64,000 nucleotides of DNA from Vampirovibrionaceae bacterium NZW_1234 (GCA_041697335.1 JBGUGD010000002.1:1-64000); one strand, 5' to 3'; positions 1 to 10,312 are shown, numbered from the stretch's first letter. Notes: generated from the letters alone by a model not told the origin. Numbers and translations are program-made.

Positions 1-124
1 TTTCCCGCTACGACCAATTTAGAAAACTGTCTGTGCGTTACGAGCGGAACCCTTACCATTACAAAGCCTATTGGTACTTGGCTGGAGCCGTTTTAAACCT
101 CTCTCGATTAACGGGATAAGCTCT
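1..124 (+). mobile_element. 3' end of an IS5-family insertion sequence (transposase C-terminus 3..119 plus probable right end)
   Basis: Frame 3 reads SRYDQFRKLSVRYERNPYHYKAYWYLAGAVLNLSRLTG* (TAA 117-119), matching the IS5-type FRRLxxRYER...Y.A...LA tail. It is followed by ...GGGATAAGCTC|TA, typical of an IS5 terminal IR and TA-containing target. Not in the ORF track. Confidence 0.8.
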
Positions 125-291
125 AATGTTTGTGAAGTGGCTATATGCTTGATGTCGGCAGTGTTATATGGCTGATACGAGCAAACTTGTTTTATCTGAT
201 GGATACAATCTATCGCTATACAGTCTTTCTGCTTTTTGCTATGCTTTATCGCAATACACACGATTTGGGGAATACTAGGGAGCGGTTCAGG

Positions 292-648
292 ATGATTACC
301 ATTACACCGGTTCGGTTTCTATCTCAGGCGGGGAATTTGACGGTATCGCCCAAGAAGCAAGTTGTTCAGATGCTTCAAAAAAATCAGGTGCCTCATATTA
401 AAGCGATTCAAGGTTTCTCAGCCCATACCATTGTTGTTTGGGTAGAGCCGGATCAGTACGACACTGTTATTCAGAAGATGAATTCATTAGGGCATGCGTT
501 TGATCCGCCTGGTCCACTGGAGACTTTGAATGAGTTCAAATTAAAAGGCACGATGACTCTTGTTGCGATTACACCAGAAAAGAGTCCAGCCCCTTATTTT
601 GATTATGGCATTCCCGATGAGAAGCAAGCTGAGCTTTACCAACCATAG
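292..648 (+). CDS. hypothetical protein (short leader MITITPVRFLS)
   Basis: ORF 145..648; GGGAG RBS precedes ATG at 292; upstream part looks non-coding. Confidence 0.6.
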   Translation: MITITPVRFLSQAGNLTVSPKKQVVQMLQKNQVPHIKAIQGFSAHTIVVWVEPDQYDTVIQKMNSLGHAFDPPGPLETLNEFKLKGTMTLVAITPEKSPAPYFDYGIPDEKQAELYQP

Positions 649-778
649 CCTTGTCAATCATCCTGCTTCTTAATGCGCTCAGGCAATGTTTTTTCGAGGG
701 TGTCTAGTCTTTTGTCCTTCTCACCGCTTCTTTGGTCTATGACACCTCCGAGGGATCTCAGGAGGAACATAATTTGTT

Positions 779-1240
779 ATGGTTGTAATCTCGTGTTGGG
801 ACGAGAGAGTAAGAGAAGTATTACGCTGTCGAGGAGGACGAATGCTGTACCCGTCTACACATGTATGTTCTGCGGATAAAACGAATTGTCCTTCAACATT
901 GGGTCACATCGAATCGGTTTTAATCAAAGAAGTTCCAATATCCTTTATGACCCGGGTGTTTACGTTGGAAGATATGCCGGGGTATGAGCGACAACGGCAT
1001 ATGGCAGGTTATTTATCGATTGCTCATTATTTTATTCAGCTTTTGGAGGCTAAGATGATTTCTCCTCAAAGCTGTTTGCTACTCCCATCGCTTCATAGCC
1101 TAACCCGATTTTTTACGGCGCCGACGTTGGATGTACAGAAAGCCTTTCAACATCTCCGGAATCTTGGATTGGACTATATGATGCCAGGCTATTATGGCCA
1201 TATCTCACTCTGGGTTAAGTCTTGGCCATTAACGAGCTGA
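779..1240 (+). CDS. GntR-like winged-helix domain protein (paralog of 19490 and 19998 genes)
   Basis: AGGAGG RBS; C-terminal IAHYF...LLPSLHSLTRFF...DVQKAFQHLRNLGLDY resembles the GntR HTH LPSxRxLAxxFxxSxxTVxxAxxxL pattern. Confidence 0.65.
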   Translation: MVVISCWDERVREVLRCRGGRMLYPSTHVCSADKTNCPSTLGHIESVLIKEVPISFMTRVFTLEDMPGYERQRHMAGYLSIAHYFIQLLEAKMISPQSCLLLPSLHSLTRFFTAPTLDVQKAFQHLRNLGLDYMMPGYYGHISLWVKSWPLTS

Positions 1241-1550
1241 TAATATAAAACTTTCCAGAGAGTAACGTTCGCGTTCTGTTTCATGTGCAAGCCATGAGGT
1301 CCAATGATGAGGATCAAATGTGGCTTCGACAGGAATGACCCCAGGTGTGCCTTTTGGTGTATCCGGGGTCTTATTATTTGTATCGGACGAGAAAAGATTG
1401 GCAGAATCATTGCTAGGTGTTTTGAACGATGTTCTCATCGTCGCCCTTGATGTCATGCGTGTGACAATTATGTTGGGTTTTATTTAGAACGCGTCAATGA
1501 AGACCGTGCTGGTTAACAAAGCGTGTTTTAGCTTTGCTTAAAACTGAAAT

Positions 1551-3980
1551 TCACGCAATTTTTCCGCGAGGCTTTAAGGGACGTCGCCCAGCTTTAAGCG
1601 CTTTAGGAGTTACTTTTTTAGCGTCTTTGGTTGTGCTGGTTCTAGTCTGTTCGGCTCGGATTTCTTGGACGATATCTTGAATTAAATCCGCACAGGTTTT
1701 CCCTGTTGGGTCCATAACCACTTGAATTGGTATTAAGTGACGGGATTTTTGTGCGTCTAAGATTTTACTGTCTCGAAGAACCGCTTCGTTTTGTCGTAAA
1801 GTCTGGTAAATTTTCTTTGGATCGGTTTCTCTCTGACCCTGGATGTTAACAGCCAGTTTGCTATCAAGCTCCACACCGGGAAAGCTCAAATGCCCTCCTG
1901 CAGCAGCACCATGCCCGCCCCCGTTAAACAGCGATGCGAGTAATGCCGCATGCGATGTACCTTCGGCCGAGCGGAAGGAAAAACGCAAGCTGTTTTGGGA
2001 GGCGATTTCCAGTTTTTCATCCAGCTCTCCTTGCTTGCGATCCTGGCAAATCAGTACGGCAATGTTGTCGTTCTTTTTGTCCCGGCGAGAATCGCCGCGC
2101 ATGTCACTCATCACGGGATTAAATTTAAACGACGCGTAAATATCGCCCAAATTAAATTCCGGGTCTACCAGACGTGCTTGTTGGCATACCTGATCCATGT
2201 CGTCATAGCTGACTTGCAAAATACCCAAATCTAATTTGTCGTTTTCGATTTTACCTGCCTCGGCATGGGCCATCATGAGTTCATAAGCCGATTTATGAGA
2301 GTCCTGGTTGAGCAGTTTTTCATCAGGCAGTTCAAAAACCAGTTGTTCCCGTAACCACTTTTTACTGATACGGCCGTCCGTCAGGGCCATAAGCCACTTG
2401 GCCAGTCCTTCAGGCCTAAAATTGGGGCGGCTTTCAACCGGTTTGGTCATATCTTCCGGTGTCAAATTCGCAGTGCGATTGAACGATCCGGTGTCCGTAT
2501 ACATTCCCGTAACCAGGCCTGCGACAAAAGCTTCCAATTGTGCTCGCTGAGCAGGGGTTGTAATAAGATTTTGCCTTGATTCTTTGGAACCGAGCGTATT
2601 CAATAACGGCATTCGACTCGTGAGGGCGGCAATCATCTGAGCGGCGGCGGCAACAGTATCTGCGACCCATGCCTGATTTTTTTGATCTGCCGCGTCCATG
2701 TCCAGTCCGGTATCAGGCGCGGCGTGCATCCACTCCATCCGTTTATGAGGATGGTGATCAATGTAGATGATCTCCTTGGCCCGATCTAAATAGGGCTTAA
2801 ATTTGCTGGTAAAACGCTTGGGCGTTGGAATGTCCAGAAGTACGACCACATCATATTCAGCATCCTTGTCCAAGAGATTGGCTGGATTGCTGAGGAGGGC
2901 CAGCTCGTCCTTCAGGGCCTTGATCTGGTTGGCTCGGTGGGGATCGGGAGCGCCGGCCAAGGTATTCAATTCTTGTAGAGTTTGTTGAATGGCGGTAATT
3001 CGCTCCGGGTTATAAGGTCGTTTAATCTCATCAACCCCGGGCAGTTTGTGACGAAACAGACCCGGGATTTTATCATCGACGGCACAGTCTACCTGCTTCG
3101 TGGGGTCCATTAACTGAATGGCGCCTTTAAGGCCGGTTACGCAGCCTAGGGTGTCTCCGTCGGGTTTGCTATGGCCAATTAACAATATGCGCTTTGCCTG
3201 GGGATTGGTCAGCTTGTTGACGATGGTTTGAATGACAGTATTCATTTTCTGGGCCGCTGCTTCACCATGGGTTTGGGCTTCGTGAGCCAGGATGTCTTGA
3301 AGAATCTGTTCCGGAGAACTGACGGGTTGATAGAGCAGAACATCTTTCCGACACTCGGGATCATTTAGCACTTTCTTAAAGGCGTCTTGAACGGCTTTGA
3401 TTTTAGTCGCATCTTTTCCGTCATAAATGAGGTTGACCCGTAAGCCAATGGTTTCTGCACCTTTACTATTTCCGGCAATAACGTTGGAGAGTTCAAAACG
3501 GAATTTCTTGTGATCTTGCACCAGGACATCAATGATATGCTCGGCGACACTATTGGGGACACGCCCTAAGGCACCATGACCGGGGGCAATCAGGGTAATC
3601 TCGTTTTGTCCGAACTTGTACTCTAACTGTTGTCCATCTTTCCAGTCGCTGTCGGCCAATGTATTAATCGGGCCGGGGCGATTATTGGAACCGTACAGGG
3701 CCTGATTTCGGCTGACACCGACAACCTTCATTTGAATGGCCGGTGGGCTGTTGTCCGGGCTAAAGGGAAAGGTCGTTTGGGTAACGACGTGGGTTGTGTT
3801 ACCTTGCTGGCCAAAAAAGACTACCCGACCCTGATTTGCCCTAGGTCTGCCAGGGGTAGTTGTAAACGCATCGATACCCAGATGTGGCGTTTGCCTTATT
3901 GCAACAGTGTTCAATGTTGGTGACATGCCCGGAAATGGTCTTGCCACCCATGGCGATGTCTGTAACTCGGCTAATTTCAC
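1551..3980 (-). CDS. DHH/DHHA1 phosphoesterase (NrnA-like) with N-terminal HIRAN-like domain and low-complexity leader
   Basis: Motifs GHSKPDGDTLG, LLDIP, YIDHH, GMYTDTGSF, SFRS, GGGHGAAAGG; N-terminal KVVGVS...ALGRVPNSVAE resembles HIRAN. Confidence 0.85.
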   Translation of the reverse strand: MKLAELQTSPWVARPFPGMSPTLNTVAIRQTPHLGIDAFTTTPGRPRANQGRVVFFGQQGNTTHVVTQTTFPFSPDNSPPAIQMKVVGVSRNQALYGSNNRPGPINTLADSDWKDGQQLEYKFGQNEITLIAPGHGALGRVPNSVAEHIIDVLVQDHKKFRFELSNVIAGNSKGAETIGLRVNLIYDGKDATKIKAVQDAFKKVLNDPECRKDVLLYQPVSSPEQILQDILAHEAQTHGEAAAQKMNTVIQTIVNKLTNPQAKRILLIGHSKPDGDTLGCVTGLKGAIQLMDPTKQVDCAVDDKIPGLFRHKLPGVDEIKRPYNPERITAIQQTLQELNTLAGAPDPHRANQIKALKDELALLSNPANLLDKDAEYDVVVLLDIPTPKRFTSKFKPYLDRAKEIIYIDHHPHKRMEWMHAAPDTGLDMDAADQKNQAWVADTVAAAAQMIAALTSRMPLLNTLGSKESRQNLITTPAQRAQLEAFVAGLVTGMYTDTGSFNRTANLTPEDMTKPVESRPNFRPEGLAKWLMALTDGRISKKWLREQLVFELPDEKLLNQDSHKSAYELMMAHAEAGKIENDKLDLGILQVSYDDMDQVCQQARLVDPEFNLGDIYASFKFNPVMSDMRGDSRRDKKNDNIAVLICQDRKQGELDEKLEIASQNSLRFSFRSAEGTSHAALLASLFNGGGHGAAAGGHLSFPGVELDSKLAVNIQGQRETDPKKIYQTLRQNEAVLRDSKILDAQKSRHLIPIQVVMDPTGKTCADLIQDIVQEIRAEQTRTSTTKDAKKVTPKALKAGRRPLKPRGKIA

Positions 3981-4234
3981 TCGCTATGGTCCCCAGTTTA
4001 CCCAACCCAGTGAATTTAAATTATGCTCCCAGAATTCGATGGGACTCATTATGCCATGAGTGATCGTTTTTATAAATCATTGTTGCCCTTTCGGCGTTAT
4101 GATTCTTAACAGGGCAATCTGTAATGAGGCACCGGTCGCTTGTTCAGGGGGATGTCGGTAAGCATTGAGCATTGGGGGTGTCAGGTGTAAAATGACGGTC
4201 ACACGGATAGAAGACCAAGCGAGGTGTGCAGGCG

Positions 4235-5104
4235 ATGCTTACGGGACAAAAGATCGGTTTGGAAGATGCGCTAGTCGATATTTTGAACAAGGCGCGTCGA
4301 GGGTTGAGCGTGTCAGTGGAAGAGTTGGCCGAGCGGGCCGATGTTTCAGTGGACCAGGTTAATCAGGTGCTTCAAGGTGCGATGGACCTGGTTTTAATCA
4401 AAAAGCTGGCCTATGTCTTGAACCTTCATCCGGACTCACTGGTGGATTTAGCTCAAGACAATTGGTATCCCAATGAGGTTAAATCCTTTCCCGGATTTGC
4501 GATGTTTACTACAGTCTTTGGAGATATGACTGTGAATGCTTACCTGGTGTGGGATCCTGTGACCAAAGAAGCTGCGTCGTTTGATACCGGAAGTTCCTGT
4601 GAGCCGATGTTGGCGCTGATTCGCGAACATGGACTGACCTTGAAGCGAATTTTTATTACGCATACCCATTTGGATCACTTGGCTGATCTTGATCGTTTAC
4701 AGGACGCGTCGCCTGAAGCCATTAGTTATGGCTCAGCTGTGGAAAACCCGTTGGGCTTGAGGCCGGTTTCTCATGGGGTTGGCTTTGTTCTGGGTTCGCT
4801 ATTAATTCGCATTCTGGGGACGTCGGGGCATACACCCGGTGGGCTGAGTTATTTTATTGAAGGGCTGACTCATCCATTGGTCATGGTCGGTGATGCTCTG
4901 TTTGCCGGATCCATGGGCGGGGCGGCCTATGCCTATCAGGAGGCACTTAAGAACAACCGGGAGCGGGTACTGACGTTGCCAGAGAACACGATAATTTGCC
5001 CAGGCCATGGGCCGTTAAGCACAGTCGCCCAAGAGCGCTTGCATAATCCCTTCTTTCCTGAATTTAAATCTATACCGACACAACGAGGAGTATCACAATC
5101 ATGA
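4235..5104 (+). CDS. MBL-fold metallo-hydrolase with N-terminal HTH-like region
   Basis: THTHLDH, GHTPG, GDALF, PGHGP motifs; N-terminal ARRGLSVSVEELAERADVS HTH-like. Confidence 0.9.
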   Translation: MLTGQKIGLEDALVDILNKARRGLSVSVEELAERADVSVDQVNQVLQGAMDLVLIKKLAYVLNLHPDSLVDLAQDNWYPNEVKSFPGFAMFTTVFGDMTVNAYLVWDPVTKEAASFDTGSSCEPMLALIREHGLTLKRIFITHTHLDHLADLDRLQDASPEAISYGSAVENPLGLRPVSHGVGFVLGSLLIRILGTSGHTPGGLSYFIEGLTHPLVMVGDALFAGSMGGAAYAYQEALKNNRERVLTLPENTIICPGHGPLSTVAQERLHNPFFPEFKSIPTQRGVSQS

Positions 5105-6003
5105 CGAAACCTTCCATTGGCGTTGTTGGCCTGGGACGTATGGGGGCCAATATGGCTCGACGGCTCCATGACTGTGGTTATCCTGTGAAGGGCTTGTTTG
5201 ATGTTTCATCTGCTTTGGCAGAGACGTTGGCCGAAGAGTTAGGTTTGACTTCGAGCCCATCTCTTGCGGACGTCACTCGTAATTGTGATGTTGTTATTAC
5301 GGTGGTTCCTGATGACAAGGCCATGGAGGTAATTTACTTCAGCTCAGAGGACAATTTGCTAATGCATGCCCGGGGAACATTATTTATTAACTGCGCCACG
5401 ATTACCCCGGAGGTTCATGTGGCGGTGAAGGCCAAGGCGGATGAGATTGGGGCCGACGTATTGGAATGTCCCATGGCCTCCAGTATTCCTCAGGCTCGAA
5501 ATGGGACACTCTATTTGATGTGTGCGGGAGACTATTCGGTCTATGAAAAAGCCCTGCCAGTACTGCAATCTTTGGCGTCTCAAACGGTTTATACCGGTGA
5601 GGCGGGCACAGCAGCTCAACTTAAAGCCTTGGTGAATATGGTCATGAACATCAATACTGCTGCACTGGCTGAGGGGTTGGGGTTGGCTTCGGCGCTGGGC
5701 TTCGATTTGAATTTGGTCCGTCAGGTTTTTTCTCAAACTGGTGCCAATTCTCGGGTGTTGGAGACCGATGGTGAGGATATGCAGAACCGGGATCATGAGA
5801 CGTATTTCTCGGCCGCCCACGCAGCCAAGGACAGTGGTATTGCTCTTGCACTGGGTGAAGCCGCAGGGTTGCCAATGGCCTTAGCACGTTCTACCAAGCG
5901 GATGTACGATGAAATGGTCCGGTGTGGGTTGGGCGACCTTGATAAATCCGGTGTTTCCGAGTTGACCTTCAAGGAGCGTCAACCCGAGATGTGCCAGCTT
6001 TAA
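5101..6003 (+). CDS. NAD(P)-dependent oxidoreductase, 3-hydroxyisobutyrate dehydrogenase family
   Basis: GVVGLGRMGANMARRL, KALVN, AAKD motifs; ATGA overlap with upstream gene. Confidence 0.9.
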   Translation: MTKPSIGVVGLGRMGANMARRLHDCGYPVKGLFDVSSALAETLAEELGLTSSPSLADVTRNCDVVITVVPDDKAMEVIYFSSEDNLLMHARGTLFINCATITPEVHVAVKAKADEIGADVLECPMASSIPQARNGTLYLMCAGDYSVYEKALPVLQSLASQTVYTGEAGTAAQLKALVNMVMNINTAALAEGLGLASALGFDLNLVRQVFSQTGANSRVLETDGEDMQNRDHETYFSAAHAAKDSGIALALGEAAGLPMALARSTKRMYDEMVRCGLGDLDKSGVSELTFKERQPEMCQL

Positions 6004-6076
6004 AAATCCGCTGTCAACAGTAAAGTATCAGGGGCGTTAATCTGGTTGTGATTAAACGACTCATAGGAATTTTACA

Positions 6077-6949
6077 GTGCCTGTCTTGAGTAGGACCCGA
6101 GATCCATGGTATTTGAGATCAGCTCACCCGTCTGATCTCAATTTGCGCTTTGGTGTTTCATCATCACATTCAGAGCCTGACCATCAGGGGATGGTGCCGG
6201 TTTATCAAGAGCCGGATATTTACGATGCCTCTATCCCAGCGGGTCGGCGTTATGATCAGGATTTTTACTGTGAAGAGGTTCGGCCCATTAAGGATCCTAT
6301 TTTGGAAGTCACGGCGGGGACCGGGCGTATTACAATTCCCATGGCTCAGCAGGGCAACGATGTCACCGGCTTGGATCTGTCGGCGGCCATGTTGGCAAAG
6401 GCTGCCGAGAAAGCTGGAAAGGCCGGTGTTAACGTCCACTGGGTGCAGGCCGATGCGTCTTGTTTTGATTTAAATCGTCGGTTTGGGCGAATTCTGGTTC
6501 CTGCCAGTGGTCTTTGTCTTCTGCCGGATGCCGATCATGTAAGACGATTTTTGCAGTGTGCCCGACGTCATATTTTGCCGAACGGAAAGCTGGTGATGGA
6601 TTTAGTGCCGCCCACTTCGCCGATCGCACATTTGCCCAAGCATCTGACTCACGTGTCCCACACGTATTCATTGCCTCAAGGAGGAGGCGCTGTGGAGGTC
6701 ATTCAGCAGGATTTTGATCATCGCTCTGATGGCAGCTGGTTTACCTATACGTCTGCACATCGGCATCGAGCCAGTGGGGCTATTTTGAGGAAAGATAAAT
6801 TTACCTTTCGTCTGTATGAGCCAAACACCCTAAAATCAATGTTGGATGAGGCCGGATTTGTGGTGGAAGGTGAATATGGCGATTTTTCGAAAGCACCATT
6901 CCTGCCTGATTCCTGGCACCATATTCTCATATGTGGCACCAAAGGCTAA
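6077..6949 (+). CDS. class I SAM-dependent methyltransferase with RFG leader
   Basis: ILEVTAGTGRI, VTGLDLSAAML, WVQADA motifs; LRFG at aa 23-26. Confidence 0.85.
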   Translation: MPVLSRTRDPWYLRSAHPSDLNLRFGVSSSHSEPDHQGMVPVYQEPDIYDASIPAGRRYDQDFYCEEVRPIKDPILEVTAGTGRITIPMAQQGNDVTGLDLSAAMLAKAAEKAGKAGVNVHWVQADASCFDLNRRFGRILVPASGLCLLPDADHVRRFLQCARRHILPNGKLVMDLVPPTSPIAHLPKHLTHVSHTYSLPQGGGAVEVIQQDFDHRSDGSWFTYTSAHRHRASGAILRKDKFTFRLYEPNTLKSMLDEAGFVVEGEYGDFSKAPFLPDSWHHILICGTKG

Positions 6950-7024
6950 GCCGGACAGCTACCCATTCTGTATTAGGACAGGTACACTGGAGAAAGTGTT
7001 AACGATAAGAAGACAATAAATCAG

Positions 7025-7483
7025 GTGAAACTTTGGGTTGATGCCGATGCCTGCCCTGGCGTGGTGAAAGAGATTATTTTAAAGGCGGCTCTCAAGCGTC
7101 AGGTGGAAACTGTGTTTGTTGCCAATAAAAAAATCCTGGTTCCGGATGTGCCGCATATTTCTGTTATACACGTGCCTGCTGGGCCGGATGTGGCCGACCA
7201 GGTGATTGCCGAAAAGGCCGAGCCCGGAGATTTGGTCATTACCCAGGATGTTCCTTTGGCAGCTATTTTGGTGCCTTTGGGCATTGGTGTGATGAGCTTT
7301 CATGGGACGTTGTTTACGGAAGCCAATATTGGTGAACGTTTGTCTGTTCGAAATTTTTACCATGAGCTTCGTAACAACGGGGTTCAGACCGGTGGCCCTA
7401 AACCCTTTAGTGACAAGGACAAGCAGCAGTTTGCGAATACCTTTGATCAGCAGTTGACCAAGCGTCTGATGGCCTCACACTAG
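7025..7483 (+). CDS. YaiI/YqxD family protein (DUF188)
   Basis: MKLWVDADACP start, ITQDVPLAA, GGPKPF...FAN. Confidence 0.92.
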   Translation: MKLWVDADACPGVVKEIILKAALKRQVETVFVANKKILVPDVPHISVIHVPAGPDVADQVIAEKAEPGDLVITQDVPLAAILVPLGIGVMSFHGTLFTEANIGERLSVRNFYHELRNNGVQTGGPKPFSDKDKQQFANTFDQQLTKRLMASH

Positions 7484-7621
7484 CTTTTACAAATATTCAT
7501 AGAAATATCGCTTCCAACAATTTCAAAAGTTTATACACTTTATTTGATTTGAAATTTGATGGCATCATGGCCTTCACGTGAGCCATTCCATTGAAATCAA
7601 ATTTAAATGACGGAGTGAACT

Positions 7622-8329
7622 ATGAGTAACGTTTCATTTTCCAATGCATCACACGTTCGATTTGCTTCTATTGCAACCCCCAGCCCATCTTCGTATGCGG
7701 TTAAAGCATTTCCCCCAGAAGGTAGTGGTCCTAAGACCAGTGTTTGGGTGCCATCGAAAAACCCGAAGAAGCCTTTTATTGCCTGGAATCATTTAAGCGG
7801 CAGTGTGGTCCACGCGCTTACCGTGTTTAAAGATGAACAAAACCGCTTTTTTGCTCGATTTTTGGTGCAAAACCGACCGGCAATGGGAAATATAGATACA
7901 GTTGAGGCACCTGCTGGAAAATATGGTGATTCTGATCCCAATGAAACGGCTGAAGATGCCGCCGGACGTGAGTTGACTGAAGAAACCGGCTTGGTGGCCA
8001 AAAAAGTGATGATGCTGTCGGATGACGTTGAGGGCTCTCAGCATGGCGCGTCTATTGCGACTTCTCCTGGGATTACGAACGAGCGCAAAGCATTTGCCTT
8101 GATCCTTGCTGAGAAAGTAGGAGGCAAACAGGCTCTGACCGAAAGCGAAAAACAGCAGAATGTGCGCCAGTTGGATGTGCCTTTGTCCACGATATTAAGC
8201 CCCCGCAAGTTTAAGGCTTGGTTGTCAACGATGAAATCCACAGGCAAGCTGGTGGGTGTTGATATTCCTACTTTGCGCGGTTTGTTGCCTGCCAGAGCGG
8301 AATTGAAGCGATTCTTGACGAGTATCTAG
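7622..8329 (+). CDS. Nudix hydrolase with S-rich leader (VRFA)
   Basis: Nudix box E.PAG...ETAEDAAGRELTEETGL and SPGITNE. Confidence 0.85.
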   Translation: MSNVSFSNASHVRFASIATPSPSSYAVKAFPPEGSGPKTSVWVPSKNPKKPFIAWNHLSGSVVHALTVFKDEQNRFFARFLVQNRPAMGNIDTVEAPAGKYGDSDPNETAEDAAGRELTEETGLVAKKVMMLSDDVEGSQHGASIATSPGITNERKAFALILAEKVGGKQALTESEKQQNVRQLDVPLSTILSPRKFKAWLSTMKSTGKLVGVDIPTLRGLLPARAELKRFLTSI

Positions 8330-8347
8330 ACTGGCAAAGCTCGATGG

Positions 8348-9469
8348 TTAAGGAGCGGGCTTCATACATTCACAGACACAGTTGAAGAGACCGGGAGGAA
8401 CCAATGCTGCTCGATGAGCGGTAGGGTTTGCCAAAATGGCGGCTACCCGGTCTTTTTCTTCGGTCGGGACGGGCATCTTATCCAGATAGGTTAAAAATTG
8501 GGAGCGAGTATCTGGGTGATGATGCGCATGACGTTTTAACTCAAAATTGGTGCGGAAGAACGTGTCTTCGGTCCGGCTATGGCACTGAATACAGTGGATG
8601 GGCCGAAGCTCGTCGGGAAGTATCTTGCCTCTTGGATTCGCTGGCGCAACATCTCCTTTGGTCGTGTAATAACTAACGGGGAAGACCGAGACAATATTGC
8701 CGTCCTTTACCTTGGCCTGAAAGGAAGCTCCGATAAAGCCGCGCTCAACATTCGGGCCAAGAGGCTCGGTTTCAACCAGGAGCCGGAAAGCATCATTCAC
8801 ATTACCGTCTTCTGCGTTGACAATTTCAAAACGTTTTCGCTGGGGGTTGTAATCCATAAAGGTGATCAGTGCGACCCGACGAATGTCAGGACTATTGGGA
8901 TTAGCGCTGACGTTAACCTTGTAACGGTAAACAATCGGAAGGCCGCGGCCACCATCCATTGTGAATTCTTCCCAGTTGGGGTTGGAATGACCGGATCCTA
9001 ACACGACTGCAACGTTTTTATTTCTCGGATTTAGTACGGCTTGGAGGGTTGGAATGAGTTCCTCTTGGAGTTTCTGGTTGAAAGCGGTCTGGGTTTTGGC
9101 CAGCTCGGCTTCATTTTTTTGTTCTGCTAAGTCGTTAATCCGGTTGGTCCAGGTCACAAATTCATCGTAGCTCAAGCGTTTTCCAGGGCAGCAGGTTATG
9201 GGTTCGTCCAGAGTGTTAAGGGAGGCTGCCTTGGGACGAGCTTGCTGCGGTGCCTGAAAGACCATCGGCAGAGTCCATGGAAGTGTTACAGTTCCTGCAG
9301 CCACTGCTGCCCAGAGACCTGCTTTAAGTTTATTACCCGAAAACCGTAGCGTCTCTGGTGTCACTGTTTGGGTTTGGCGGGTCTGTCGTATCACAGGCGT
9401 TTGAGGAGGATGCGGAAATGCTGAGCGTCGTGTACGGTCCATCAGCCTGCCCGGGCAGGAAAGTCGCAT
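8348..9469 (-). CDS. membrane-anchored protein with one CxxCH heme-c motif and RFSG leader
   Basis: GGGAG RBS before ATG 9469; LRFSG then hydrophobic segment; CIQCH near C-terminus. Confidence 0.7.
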   Translation of the reverse strand: MRLSCPGRLMDRTRRSAFPHPPQTPVIRQTRQTQTVTPETLRFSGNKLKAGLWAAVAAGTVTLPWTLPMVFQAPQQARPKAASLNTLDEPITCCPGKRLSYDEFVTWTNRINDLAEQKNEAELAKTQTAFNQKLQEELIPTLQAVLNPRNKNVAVVLGSGHSNPNWEEFTMDGGRGLPIVYRYKVNVSANPNSPDIRRVALITFMDYNPQRKRFEIVNAEDGNVNDAFRLLVETEPLGPNVERGFIGASFQAKVKDGNIVSVFPVSYYTTKGDVAPANPRGKILPDELRPIHCIQCHSRTEDTFFRTNFELKRHAHHHPDTRSQFLTYLDKMPVPTEEKDRVAAILANPTAHRAALVPPGLFNCVCECMKPAP

Positions 9470-9672
9470 GATATCTCCCAAGAGTATTCCTCACATTAGA
9501 TTGTGTTTAGCGTATGCAAAAAGTCCTGGTACAACAAGTGCTTGTTGATTCGTATTGCAATGAGACGTGTTTTGGAGGGTTCTGTTATTGCTTGCTGAGG
9601 TGTAAATGATGCTCTCGCCAGGTTTTTACTTTTCTTTTATGATGTGCCGGTATATGAGCTGAAAGATGTGAA

Positions 9673-10290
9673 ATGAGAGTTGATATGAAACCCATTGCCT
9701 CTGTTGGATCTCTAGTCCCCACCTCGTCTCCTCGCATGGGGACCGTAGTCAAGTTACGCTTTGTTGAGGCTCAGACCGGACAACCCGTCCCTTTAACCAC
9801 CAAGCCCACCAGTAAAGATCCGGTAGATCGGCATGGGGAATTTTCACGCTCAGTTTTGGGAGCCTTTCAGCGAGTGCTTCACAATCATACCAAGCGTCCC
9901 GGGGTGTCCATGCCGATAGGTGTGCCAAATGGTGTGAGAGACCAATTAATTGGGATTTTTGCCGATGCCCAGCGCCAAATCAGGCTATGGCAAGAGGCTC
10001 ATGAGCCTGTTAGGGAAGCCATTCTGAAAGCCCTGCCTGATTTGAAGCCCCGCAATGAAGGCGGCCCTTTGATGCATGATCTGCCGGCAGGGTTTCCGGC
10101 GAAGGGTTCTCCGGAAGCCCTCTTATTGACCGGTAAGGATTTTGTTCGGATTTCATGGACCGAGGAGTCAAAGAAAGCTCAGGAATATGCTCGCTTAATG
10201 GCAGACCCGGCCACGAAGACGGCCACCGTAAAGGTACGACATACGACGGAACCCAACCCCATGATTGTTGGGTTTCAGTTGGATGCTTAG
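9673..10290 (+). CDS. hypothetical protein (S/P-rich leader, PRMG)
   Basis: 205-aa ORF filling the intergenic space; no recognisable domain. Confidence 0.65.
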   Translation: MRVDMKPIASVGSLVPTSSPRMGTVVKLRFVEAQTGQPVPLTTKPTSKDPVDRHGEFSRSVLGAFQRVLHNHTKRPGVSMPIGVPNGVRDQLIGIFADAQRQIRLWQEAHEPVREAILKALPDLKPRNEGGPLMHDLPAGFPAKGSPEALLLTGKDFVRISWTEESKKAQEYARLMADPATKTATVKVRHTTEPNPMIVGFQLDA

Positions 10291-10312
10291 CTGGTTTGAA
10301 TTCTAGGTAGAG

